A stretch of DNA of 63,674 nucleotides, the filler included, from Reticulomyxa filosa (lineage: Eukaryota > Protista > Foraminifera): the NCBI GenBank assembly GCA_000512085.1. It is 22 parts of 22 records of this genome, joined end to end, with 100 filler letters (N's around TTAATTAATTAA, not from the genome) between each part and the next. Parts side by side here need not be neighbours in the genome. Positions count along the whole stretch, not along the records: positions 53,305 to 54,331 come from ASPP01010349.1; positions 54,432 to 56,123 come from ASPP01014728.1; positions 56,224 to 57,303 come from ASPP01017594.1; positions 57,404 to 61,892 come from ASPP01026773.1; positions 61,993 to 63,674 come from ASPP01002871.1; 17 more parts are not named here. One strand, 5' to 3'. Of the stretch, positions 53,420 to 63,674 are shown piece by piece. Position 1 is the first letter of the stretch. Each line of letters begins with the position of its first letter. Under the pieces are notes generated by a model. That model was not told the origin of the DNA, searched no databases, and worked only from the letters and a program-made list of their open reading frames with translations. Made by a program: the position numbers and the translations under genes.

Positions 53420-54275
53420 AATCAGGCTATGGCACAGGAATGTATGGAATGCCAATGGGAGTAAACTTTGGAATGGGCGTCGGAGGATTCGGTATGAACT
53501 ATCCTTGTCCAATGCCTGCTCCTTATCCATCGACCACCGCCCCCAATGTCCACAAAGATGACAAAAAAGCTGTGGCTGTCGATCCTCATACGTCGCTACC
53601 GACATCCGGTCAAACGGCTTGTGCTCCGTCCGATCGCACCGTTTCGCAGGAGATAGACACGTTGAAAAGCAAAGACGATGCAAATAAAAACTCGACCAAA
53701 GTTTTGTTTATTTCAAAGGCAAGATAAATTGCTGAGAAAATGGAAGTGAATCATATTTTATCTGTGTGTGTGCACAAAATGACACAAAATAGCCCGGACT
53801 ACGAATCGGAGAATGGCAATCTTACATAACGAAAGAAGGAAATGTGTACTATTTCAATCTGCTGACTCAAACGACGACCTGGAGTATGCCAAAAGAGTTT
53901 GAGCAATCTGTTGCCACAAACACTGTCCCGTCTTCCTCCGTCGCAAATCCAATTCTCACACAACCAAACAAAACAGAGGGGAGTGATGCATCGTCAAAAG
54001 ACTTGCAACCACCCCTTCAAACGCACATCAATGCCAATTCAGATCATACAAATACAAATACAACCACAAGTACAATTGCAAATATAAATGCCAATTCAAA
54101 TGCAAATGCCAATGCAAATACCAGTGCGAATGCAACCACAGACGTAAATGCGGATATCGATGTCGATGCACAAATCGAAAACAAGACAGAGAACAAATTG
54201 AATAGTCAATCCGAACACGCTGCGACCTTGCCTACTATGCCAAATGACCATTTCTCCAAAAACGTTACCAATGGT
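53420..54275 (+). CDS. WW-domain protein, internal fragment
   Basis: The exon from 53793 reads GEWQSYITKEGNVYYFNLLTQTTTWSMP, a canonical WW domain. A G/M/P-rich exon lies upstream. Confidence 0.8.
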
Positions 54276-54295
54276 ACGTACCTCCTCTTTTGTTT

Positions 54296-54331
<36 letters not shown>

Positions 54332-54721
54332 NNNNNNNNNNNNNNNNNNNNNNNNNNNNNNNNNNNNNNNNNNNNTTAATTAATTAANNNNNNNNNNNNN
54401 NNNNNNNNNNNNNNNNNNNNNNNNNNNNNNNTTATTAAAAAATAAGAGGGAGAAACTATCGGGTACCGTAATCAGGCCGGTGCTGGCCGAAATTTTTTGT
54501 TTGCAGAAGAAGAACGGAAAAAAGTTTGATTTCGGTAAAAACTAAAAAAGTTTATAATTATATGTACTTATCCTCTGAATCTTGAAACCAAAAAAATGAA
54601 AAGAAGAGTAATTGTATGAGACTTTTTTAGTGTTGAGTCTCTGTAAGGCAGGGAATACAATAAATCAGAATTTTCGCCTTGGATGAACTTAACAACACAA
54701 TTGAAGGCAAACAGATTTGTT

Positions 54722-55995
54722 TCAAATCTTTGTCAAAAAACTTAATGCCTTGGCTGTTCTTTGTCTGACTCGAGCACTTTTGGAAGAGAGTTGTTTTAAA
54801 ATTTCTGCCACAACGGCGTCAACATCTAATGTTTGACGTGTTTCAACAGGAAGTGCTTGAATTAACTTAGCTGCCAACAACACTGAATTTCCTTTAATTT
54901 CTCCCCATCTGCTGTCCATGTATGAAATAACTGCATGCAAGTACGTTGTCATATTGTCTTTAAAGTCCACCACCTTTAATTGGCAAATGAACAATAAAAA
55001 GTAGCAAGGAAAGAAGGGGAAGAATAGAAAAACAGAGTCAAAACTAGAATTGGTGCCAATTTACTTATGAGGGATAAATAATTCGCCTTACCAATTCCCG
55101 ATTCGTTCAAGGCATCAATTAGTGATTGATTGTTTAAATAGGCGGCAATTTTTTTAAAAGCATCCATTGACGCTTGTGACACTGCATCATTGGGGTCATT
55201 GGAATGGCAAATCAAACCCACCATGTTCGAATGAATTTGTTCTACAAAGTTGTGGCTGTAGTCATCGACTCCGAATCGTGTCAACCCACCGAATAATGCA
55301 AACGATCCTTCACGCATACCGTCAGAAGTCTAAAAATAACCAAAAAAAAAAAAAAAAAAAAAGCAAATACAATTCAAACAAACAAAAAGAGTTATACACA
55401 TGTTATGCGTCTATGCACATATATACAAACAAACCGAATCCATAAAAGGTTTAGTTCTAAATATAATGTTGATCAAAGTCGGTTGCACTGTTTTGATTGA
55501 AAATACATCCAATATTGCCGTCAAGCTTCGCAGCCCTTGCGCAGCCACATCTTCATCCTGGTCTTCAATGGCACTGGTCAGACAGGAGAGTATCGCAGGC
55601 GCCTTGCTTTCCAATTCGTCAGTGTAGGAGTCTTTCAAGTTTGCAAGGCCGATTAGCGCTTGTTTGCGCACACGTGCTTCTTTGTAAGTGCAGCGGGGCA
55701 ATAAATGAGTAATAATCGCAGTTAAAAACTCAGTATCATCTTTACATCGCCCAACCAGTGCGGCCAACACGACTGTGGCAGAATTGATTTGTCCCACATA
55801 ATGTTTTTTGAAAAATATAACTATATTCTCAAACAACTGTTTCCTAAAATCGCTATGTACATTTGCAAAATGTGTGACGAATTCCGACAAACCAACCTCA
55901 TAGTCCGATTTCAGTAATTTCTTCCATACTCCATTTTCCTCCAATTCATGCAACAATAGGAGCTCTTTTCCTAATGTCAAGAATCCTTTCAATCC
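54722..55995 (-). CDS. Maestro HEAT-like repeat (MROH1-like) protein, C-terminal exons
   Basis: HEAT-type motifs VRKQALIGLANL, SFALFGGLTRFG, FVEQIHSNMVGLICHSND, SRWGEIKGNSVLL and ARVRQRTAKALSFL*. Confidence 0.72.
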
Positions 55996-56223
55996 ATTGA
56001 CACAGTCACTTGATTACATAAAAACAAACAAAATTGAGCATAGTGATGGCTCCAATTTTTTATTTGTTATCAACTTTTTTTTTCCCCCCCCCCCCCCTCC
56101 TTTTAAAAAAAAAAGTGAGTATANNNNNNNNNNNNNNNNNNNNNNNNNNNNNNNNNNNNNNNNNNNNTTAATTAATTAANNNNNNNNNNNNNNNNNNNNN
56201 NNNNNNNNNNNNNNNNNNNNNNN

Positions 56224-56708
56224 TTCCAGCACTTCAATCTCTGGCCGCACATGTCGGTGCTGCAGAACCTGATCGAAGCGCCGATCCGGGTGAAGAAGAT
56301 GCCCAGGGACAAGGCAATCGCCATCGCCGAGTCTCTCCTGAAGAAGGTCGACCTGTTCGAGAAGCGCGACGCCTATCCGGCGCGCCTGTCCGGCGGCCAG
56401 CAGCAGCGCGTGGCGATTGCCCGCGCCTTGGCCATGTCGCCCAAGGTCCTGCTGTTCGACGAGGCAACCAGCGCGCTCGATCCGGAGCTGCGCCGCGAGG
56501 TGCTCGCCGTCATGCGCCAGCTCGCGCGCGAGGGCATGACCATGCTGGTCGTCACGCACGAAATGGGCTTCGCGCGCCACGTCGGCACGCGCACCGTGTT
56601 CATGGATCGAGGCGAGATCGTCGAGGCGGCGCCGGGGTTTCGGCCTTCTTCGATGCGCCGCAGACGGAGCGCGCCCAGCGCTTCCTGCAGCAGTTCGCTG
56701 ACGAGTGA
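56224..56708 (+). CDS. Bacterial polar amino-acid ABC transporter ATP-binding subunit (GlnQ-type), 5' truncated
   Basis: [34 protein letters not shown] and VTHEMGFA. The expected C-terminus [21 protein letters not shown] is in another frame after GGGGTTT near 56635. Confidence 0.93.
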
Positions 56709-56721
56709 TGGGGAAGTCAAC

Positions 56722-56729
56722 AAGGGAGA
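56722..56729 (+). promoter_or_regulatory. Shine-Dalgarno-like site for the substrate-binding protein gene
   Basis: AAGGGAGA just upstream of the ATGATG at 56733. Confidence 0.6.
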
Positions 56730-56732
56730 CCG

Positions 56733-57303
56733 ATGATGGGTGTGGCAAGGATATTGGGTGCGCTCGCGCTGGCCGGCACGGTTGGCGCATTTTCGATCAC
56801 GGGCGCGCAAGCGCAGCAGACGCAGTCGCGTCTCTACGAGGTGACCAAGAGCAAGAAGCTCCGGGTCTGCCAGTTCCCGCTCTATTATTCGATCTCCTTC
56901 CGCAATTCCAAGACGGGCGAGATCGAGGGCATCGACGCCGATCTTGCGAAGGAATTCGCCAAGGAACTCGACGCCAAGCTGGAGATCGTCGAATCGAGCT
57001 TCGGTTCGTTCATCGCCGACCTGCAGGCCGGCAAGTGCGAGATCGGCATGTTCGGCGTCGGCGCCACGATGAAGCGCGGCCAGGCCGTCGAGTTCTCCAA
57101 GCCCTACCTGCTGACCAACCTCTACGCGGTCACGCGCAAGGACAGCAAGATCAAGAAGTGGGAAGACATCGACCAGAAGGGCGTGAAGGCTGCGGTCTCT
57201 CTGGGCAGCTACATGGAGCCCTTCATGAAGGGCTACGTGAAGAACGCCGAGGTCGTCTCGGTGGCGCCGCCCAACACGCGCGAGGCCGAGCTGGTCGCGC
57301 AGC
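56733..57303 (+). CDS. Bacterial amino-acid ABC transporter substrate-binding protein (family 3), 3' truncated
   Basis: Signal peptide ending AQA, then [23 protein letters not shown] and VEFSKPY. GC-rich and intronless. Confidence 0.9.
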
Positions 57304-57814
57304 NNNNNNNNNNNNNNNNNNNNNNNNNNNNNNNNNNNNNNNNNNNNTTAATTAATTAANNNNNNNNNNNNNNNNNNNNNNNNNNNNNNNNNNNNNNNNN
57401 NNNTAAAAAAGCAGATAATGACAATTCTCAATTCTTGGCTTTTTCAATTGCAAGTCAAGTTCGATCAATTGCAAAAGTCACATTCAATCAATGTGCATCT
57501 TCCTTTTAAGTTTAAACAAACATTGACATGTGAAAAAAAGAAAGATAATTTTTTTATGTAAATCCTTACACAATTGATTCAAATATTTTTTGTTTTGTTT
57601 TAATTAAGAGCTTCTTTTAAAAAAAAAATTTCATGGATACTTTAAAACAAAGCACACTAGCATTCATCGAAAAGAACGAGAAACTAAATGTAAGTATGCA
57701 AGCGCATCAACACTTAAATAATATACAGAAACACTCTTGAAGGAAAGATCTCATCGATTGGCAAGAGTTTTCAATCCTCCAAATCAAAAAGTAGTCTATC
57801 CAATATATCCTCTT

Positions 57815-57900
57815 TACTACAGTGGAATGCAAAGTAAAGTTGACACCTAAAACGGTACCTTATAGAAATGATTGATTTTCTTCATGAAAAAACAACATTC
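57815..57900 (+). repeat. Copy of the dispersed repeat
   Basis: ACAGTGGAATGCAAAG...ATGATTGATTTTCTTCATGAAAAAACAACATT matches 5246-5278. Confidence 0.65.
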
Positions 57901-57939
57901 AGACCTATTTTTTTTTTTGTATTTGCACAACAAATATCC

Positions 57940-58760
57940 CTAATTCATTTGATCCATGTTTTACACTGCTACGTAATATCCATATCCTTTGAATGTAGTC
58001 ATTTGTTTAGTTGTATCACCTGATCCAGTACAAATAGTATATCCATTACCACCAACCGCATCAATATTATTATTTTTATCTTCATTATTGTTATTTCTTT
58101 GCAATGGCGAAAATTCTACAAACCAAACTTTTCCTTTATGTTCGTTGAAAACATGTAATAATTTGGATGTTTCAATATCTATACACGAACAATTTTGTCA
58201 CCAGACTCAGAACATAAATATCGACCATAATTAAATGGTGAAAGCGAAATACCATAAACAGGATAATCATGTCCTTTTAATATTTGCAATTGCTGATTAT
58301 CTTTAAAATACCAAAAACGAATGGTTTCATCAGCTGATGAAGAACAAATAACATTTTGACGATAATGATAATAATGATATGATGAAAATTTTACACCACA
58401 CAAGACTTGAATACCCATTGAATACTTGAATTTTTTTGTTGTTTTTCACATCCCATACACGAGCCTTATTATCATATGATCCAGAACAAATGAATTAACA
58501 ATCATCGAATGTCGAATTTTTGTGTCCTGTAAATGTATTGAGTAGCTTAGAAATGAATAAAACGCATCAAACATGAAGAACACAGCTGCTTATATTAATA
58601 ATGATCATAAATATCGAATATTTTGATTTCAAATAAGTAAGACATAAAAACAAAAAAACATAACATATTTGAAAACAATTTTGTAAAAGTCATTGATCCA
58701 TCCTAATTTAATGTTTAATACTCGAATCCAATGCTTAATAATCATTTTAATATCTTCTTC
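57940..58760 (-). pseudogene. WD40-repeat pseudogene of a lineage-expanded family
   Basis: EEDIKMIIKHWIRVLNIKLGWINDF, ICSGSYDNKARVWDV, ICSSSADETIRFW and LCSESGDKIVRV*D (stop at the conserved W position), plus frameshifts and deletions. Confidence 0.8.
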
Positions 58761-59406
58761 AAACGCTCAATCATAGATCATACACCAATAAAAAAACCTA
58801 AGACAGTCTTATGAAAGATTGAAAAGAAGATTACCAGTGCACGTTGAAGTACAGTCTTTTTAATCCAGAAGGTAGCCAGCCATTCTTTCAATACTCTCTT
58901 GGATTGACCTTGGTGATGCAAAAAAATGTTGGAGTTTTACCTTAAGTTCAACAAAGAAGTGTCAAAAAAATGAGTTGACAGAATTGTGATTTTCTGTTAG
59001 TGTATTTGTATTTATTGATCTGTGTTAACCATTTTACAAAAGGTGGTTATTCAATCATCACTATTAGATGCAAATACAGTAGTTTGCAGAAAAATATCAC
59101 ACCTATTATGTTACTTGATAAATATTCTCAATGTCTAATGATATGATTTATTATTCACATATTTGTTTGTTTTTGTTATTTTTTTGTATGTTTTAAATAT
59201 CGTTTTTTTTTTGTGATTCATAAAACGTAATCACATATCCTCAAATCTTTTTTCTTACTGCTTAATTTGTAAAACTTTACTTTGATAGATTGTTTGTAAA
59301 ACGTTAAAACATATCACTGAATGGTATATAAATAATTAGTTTTTGTGGTTTTGACTAAGTAGTTGATGTTTTTTGGTGTACCTTAAAAAAATACCTGTTT
59401 GAGAAA

Positions 59407-60473
59407 ATGTTTAAACCCCGAAACGACGGCTTTGCAAACTTAGGCGAATTTCTAGCAACGGAGGTGATAACACTAGTTTGTTTTGTGTATAGCTGCTGGC
59501 TGTTATATCTGTGTTGGTTTCACTTTTGGAAACGTATTCCGGTCAGATCTGACATTGTTTCATCAAAAGATGAAAGAGCAGACCCGGAGATATTGGAAAA
59601 TGGAACGTTCCAAAGAAGTGAGAGCGGTGAAACAGGACAAAGAGCATTGATTGACACAAAAGTGAAGATACTAGTAACAATTGTAACAGCTTCAGCGACA
59701 TTGTACTGCGCAAGTTGTTGTATTGAAGCTATGATTGTTGTGACAGCAATAAATCACGAGCAGTGTTCGCATGGTTGGTTTTCATTACTGTTATCAGGCA
59801 TAACAAGAGCACAAATGTATTTGGTGTATGGAACTCGTCTGCATCTTGTTTTTCGCAATACCACGCAACAGTTGTCGGGGCATGCTACTATTGCTGTCTT
59901 TTCATTTCCAGTACTTATGGGTTTTATATATAGCTTTTCCACTTTATATTCTGCATACGACAGTTGTAAGTATGCATATAATTCCTTGGGACGATCTCTT
60001 TCTGTTCTCAGTATTGGAGGAGATGCCATTTGTAACATCGGTTATTTCCTCCTTTTTTTTTTCAAAGTTATTTTTATGGTGTTTTGTTTTTTGTTTGGTA
60101 TTGAAATTAAGTATACGTGCTTTTTAAAAAAAAAAAAAAAAAAGTAATTTTTTTTTTTTTTTTTTTAAGGCTTGACTTTATTTTAAATTTTTTGTACGTA
60201 TGAAAAATGCTTTGCTATACATAGTTGAAGTATGCTTACATGAATAAAGAGCTACGAGATGAAGTTCGCAGATTAGTGAGGAAATTGCTTGTACTGTTTG
60301 TGTTTTGTTCTCTAACAACACTTATTATTTACTCAGCATCCCTGGTCCCATATCTTACCAAGTTCCTCACTGCGGCCATTGCAATTGACCATTGCGTTAA
60401 TTGTTCTGCTATTTTGTTATCGTTTCGTTTTGCTGATGAATGGTACAATGCCATTTGTCGTTGTGTTAATTAA
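59407..60473 (+). CDS. Seven-transmembrane (GPCR-like) protein, two exons (59407-60066, 60225-60473)
   Basis: Seven hydrophobic segments after phase-0 splicing. Cys at the start of TM3, TM3 ends YGTRLHLVF, TM7 is AIDHCVNCSAILLSF. Confidence 0.7.
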
Positions 60474-61173
60474 CTTTTTTTTTAACTTTTTTTCTTTTAT
60501 TTTTTTAATTTTTTTTTTGGAGTGTAATAACCGTAATCAAATCGTGCTTTTTTTTATATCGAAAATACATTTTTCTTCAAGTTCATAACTCGTAAAAAAT
60601 AAAGTGTGACACTTGAAATGCTCCAGGATATGCATAACTACAGTAGTCTCTTAAAAAAGTCTCCCTCTTGGCTTTTTTTTTTTGGACCAAATTATGTCTA
60701 TTTATTGTATTCATCAATCCTAGCCTATTCAAGCATGAACTTGATTACATTTTATTTGTGCAGATTAATAAAAAATTTTGAATCTCATCAATGTTCTAAA
60801 TATTAAAGAAAATTCTGTTTGCTCTCTATGGCTTTATCCATGACAAGCACTATCACCCGGACTAAATTTTACTTTGTTGGAGGGCACGTGTTTATCGAAC
60901 GAGCGCACTGAATGATTTGCAATTATTTGCAAAAGTGTCAAATAATTATTTTCAATCTCATGCACGATTTTTTTTTCTTTCTCCAAATTTTTATTGATAA
61001 CATTATGTCCAGTTTTTGTTTAGAAAAAAGAGATAAAGAAAAACCTCAAAGACTCTGTATTTATATTTGGTTCAAGTGATTTCTGAGCACAAGAAGAAAG
61101 GAACAGTACAAAGGCTAACATGAATCCTTAAAAAAAAAAATTTTTTTCACATAAAATTGGACAGTGGCAGCAA

Positions 61174-61845
61174 ATGTCGGCAGCAGAGACTGATGTTAAG
61201 GATGAAGGTAATTTTTAGTCATATATTGTTTCATTTTTTTTTTGTAAATTCCATTACCTCTAAAAAAAAAAAAAAGAACGCCCTGAGCGAGCAGTTGTGC
61301 TACCAGCGAAGACTCCAACCAAAACAAAGAAAAGCCGGATTCAAGTTAGCAAAAAAGTGGGAAATTCCAGATCGATACGCAAAGTACAGTTTTACTCATG
61401 CCCAAAAAGGGTTTTGACGAAGCGATACGAAATGGCGAAAAACTTTCGAAGTTTATGTTTTAAAATGAATGGAGGAGTATTTCGATGGACGTTGCAAGGT
61501 TACAGTTGCAAAGCGTGGAAAATTGACGTGGATGATTCAATGAATGAAGCATACTTGCGACATTTGGAAAGCGAGGACGGTTGGAACTGTCCAAGAGAAG
61601 AAGTGAAAAAGCGATTAAAAAGTCTGCCAAAAAAAAGCTTTATAAAAGTGTCGTATCGCTATCTGGTGAATAGTTATAACATCTTTGCGTTCGCTCGAGC
61701 GAATAAAAAAGAAGGGGCAAATGAAGAGACAGAAGAAATACAAAAAGAAGAACAAAAAGAGCAATACGTTTATGAACGGGCTCCGGAGTGCCTTATCCGT
61801 GAGCTCCATATTCTCCAAAAATTGAGTGGCAAAGAAAATGCAAGC
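61174..61845 (+). CDS. Hypothetical protein, 5' part (exon 61174-61207, intron 61208-61276)
   Basis: MSAAETDVKDE splices in phase 1 into the frame of ORF 61297. Confidence 0.55.
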
Positions 61846-62109
61846 AAATGTTTGTTTTGTTTTGTTTTGTTTATATTATTATCTTTTTTTACNNNNNNNN
61901 NNNNNNNNNNNNNNNNNNNNNNNNNNNNNNNNNNNNTTAATTAATTAANNNNNNNNNNNNNNNNNNNNNNNNNNNNNNNNNNNNNNNNNNNNAAAAAAAA
62001 AAAAAAAAAAAAAAATGAAAAATGCAATGCAGTTGTAAGAGACCTAAACAAAAACAAAGAATCCGAAAAGAAAGGAAAGCGACGATGACGACAACGACGG
62101 TGATGATGA

Positions 62110-63586
62110 TGACGACTTGGTCGCACGTGCGCAGAAAATTCTCGACGAGGCGGTGGCATTAGACGAAAAAGCAGTACGAGGATGCCTGCCGATTGTATAT
62201 CGAAGCAAGTGAAATGTTTATGCGCGGCTTGCAAGTGGTCGGATATATCGAGGACGACAACGAAAAGAAGAAGCTGCGAACCAAAGTGCGCACCATTGTC
62301 GGACGTGTGGAAGTCATTCAGAAGAAAACGGCAAAGCAGCAACTGGACGCTGCCAACCGCATCAACTCTGGCATTTGCGGAGAAGGGCTGACGCCGCAAG
62401 AATTGGAAGTGTTGCGTAAGGCTAGTTATATACGTAACATGGTTTTGTATCCATGGATGCCAGAAGATGCCACGGGGAAGTTTAAATATGAAGAGCCTTG
62501 GGCAGATCCTTCTGGTAATATACAAATACTACTTATATTACATGCTACTATATACGTATACGTAGATGTGAGTATACGTATGTGCATACATAATATGGTG
62601 CGCTTTTGCGTATGTGTATGTAGGCCACATTATTGAAAGGGGAGGAAGAGGGGGGGGGGGCAAGGAAAAAAAAAATAACCACTTTTTTTTGGATTGATAA
62701 ATAACTGATTGGTTGATTAATTAATTAATTAATTATTTTAAAAAAAAAAACAGGATCGTTGCCACTAAGCGCGAAACAACGAGAACACTTTGGAAAGTGG
62801 CGACGGGTAACCAGCCTGTCGATGCGACCGAAAATTGTGGAAAGCGTAACGCCTTACACGATAACGCAGACGTTGATAACGGACTGCTCGTTTGTGAGCA
62901 GCCTGACGGTGACAGCGCTATATGAACGCACGTTCCGCAAGAAATTGATAACGTCGATCATCTACCCGCAAAACGCGCATGGACAACCCATCGTGAACTC
63001 CAGTGGCAAGTACGTGGTGAAGCTGTTTGTGAATGGGTGCTTTCGAAAAGTGGAAATCGACGACAATTTGCCGGTTTCGAAGACCGGCCAGTTGCTGTGC
63101 AGTCATAGCAAAGATGAAAACGAATTTTGGGTGTCGTTGTTGGAAAAGGCCTTTTTGAAAGTCATGGGCGGATATGACTTCCCTGGCTCCACCAGTTGCG
63201 AAGATTTACACGTTTTGACCGGATGGATTCCAGAGCGATTCGGATTTCATGACGATGGTATATATAATAAGTATATACAACTTGATAATTATTTATTTGT
63301 TTATTCATTTGTTTATTTATTCATTTGTTTGTTTGTTTGTTTGTACTTTTGTTAAATGATTTTTTAGTTGGGGAGTTGAATGTGGAGCGACTCTTTTCTC
63401 GCTTGGAGTCAGGACAAGAGTATGGCGATTGCTTAATCACCATTGCGACGAAGGAGATGTCCGACGAAGAGGCGGATTCCCTCGGACTTGTTTCGTCTCA
63501 TGCCTACGCTGTACTTCGAGCTGTGCAATTGGGGACCCATCGCTTCTTGTTGATTAAGAACCCTTGGGCTCAAAAAAGATGGAAAG
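62110..63586 (+). CDS. CAPN7: Calpain-7/PalB-type cysteine protease with MIT domain, partial
   Basis: MIT-like ARAQKILDEAVALDE...LYIEASEMF. Catalytic triad QTLITDCSFVSSL (Cys), HAYAVL (His) and KNPW (Asn). Also LLEKAFLKVMGGYDFPGS. Intron at 62515-62753. Confidence 0.92.
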
Positions 63587-63616
63587 GTATATTTATTAAT
63601 ATATAAATACATATAC

Positions 63617-63649
<33 letters not shown>

Positions 63650-63674
63650 ATATATATATATGTCTTTGTTTGTT

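Noticed and set aside
1572-61948. Repeated TTAATTAATTAA as a CRISPR-like or biological repeat
   Set aside because: Always centred in an identical N-padded spacer; it is an artificial six-frame stop linker.
13870-62170. Recurrent frameshifts in otherwise intact genes (about 13880, 29070, 45230, 48590, 52595, 56635, 62170) as programmed frameshifting or RNA editing
   Set aside because: All fall in homopolymer runs, go in both directions and also affect the bacterial contig. This is the pattern of pyrosequencing-type length errors.

Overview
This window is not a continuous locus. It is 22 short contigs joined by 21 identical artificial 100-nt spacers (44 N + TTAATTAATTAA + 44 N), so adjacency across spacers means nothing. 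Twenty-one contigs are AT-rich eukaryotic DNA with short GT-AG introns, homopolymer runs and (TA)n microsatellites. The TRAF-like, WD40 and Kelch family members match my recollection of the expanded families of the foraminiferan Reticulomyxa filosa (inference, not verified by search). One contig (56224-57303) is GC-rich bacterial DNA encoding part of a polar amino-acid ABC transporter. Recognisable, mostly partial genes: RGS-domain, WD40, RPEL, PH and F-box proteins, a secreted glycoside-hydrolase-like protein, sedolisin/TPP1, COX11, a C2H2 zinc-finger protein, a TRAF-like protein, SAPS/PP6R, a UFD2/UBE4-like ligase, an S10 carboxypeptidase, importin-alpha, CNNM, a WW protein, MROH1-like, a 7TM protein and calpain-7, plus pseudogene debris. 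Most notable: (1) a UFD2-type E4 ubiquitin ligase core with a KCMF1-like ZZ+Di19 module and a second ZZ finger inserted; (2) a two-exon 104-aa Mic12/MIC13-like gene missed by the ORF track; (3) many introns with poly-A/purine tracts rather than pyrimidine tracts before the acceptor AG; (4) an intronless WD40 gene with a C-terminal F-box-like tail; (5) a degenerate repeat found on four independent contigs. All exon structures were read by eye.
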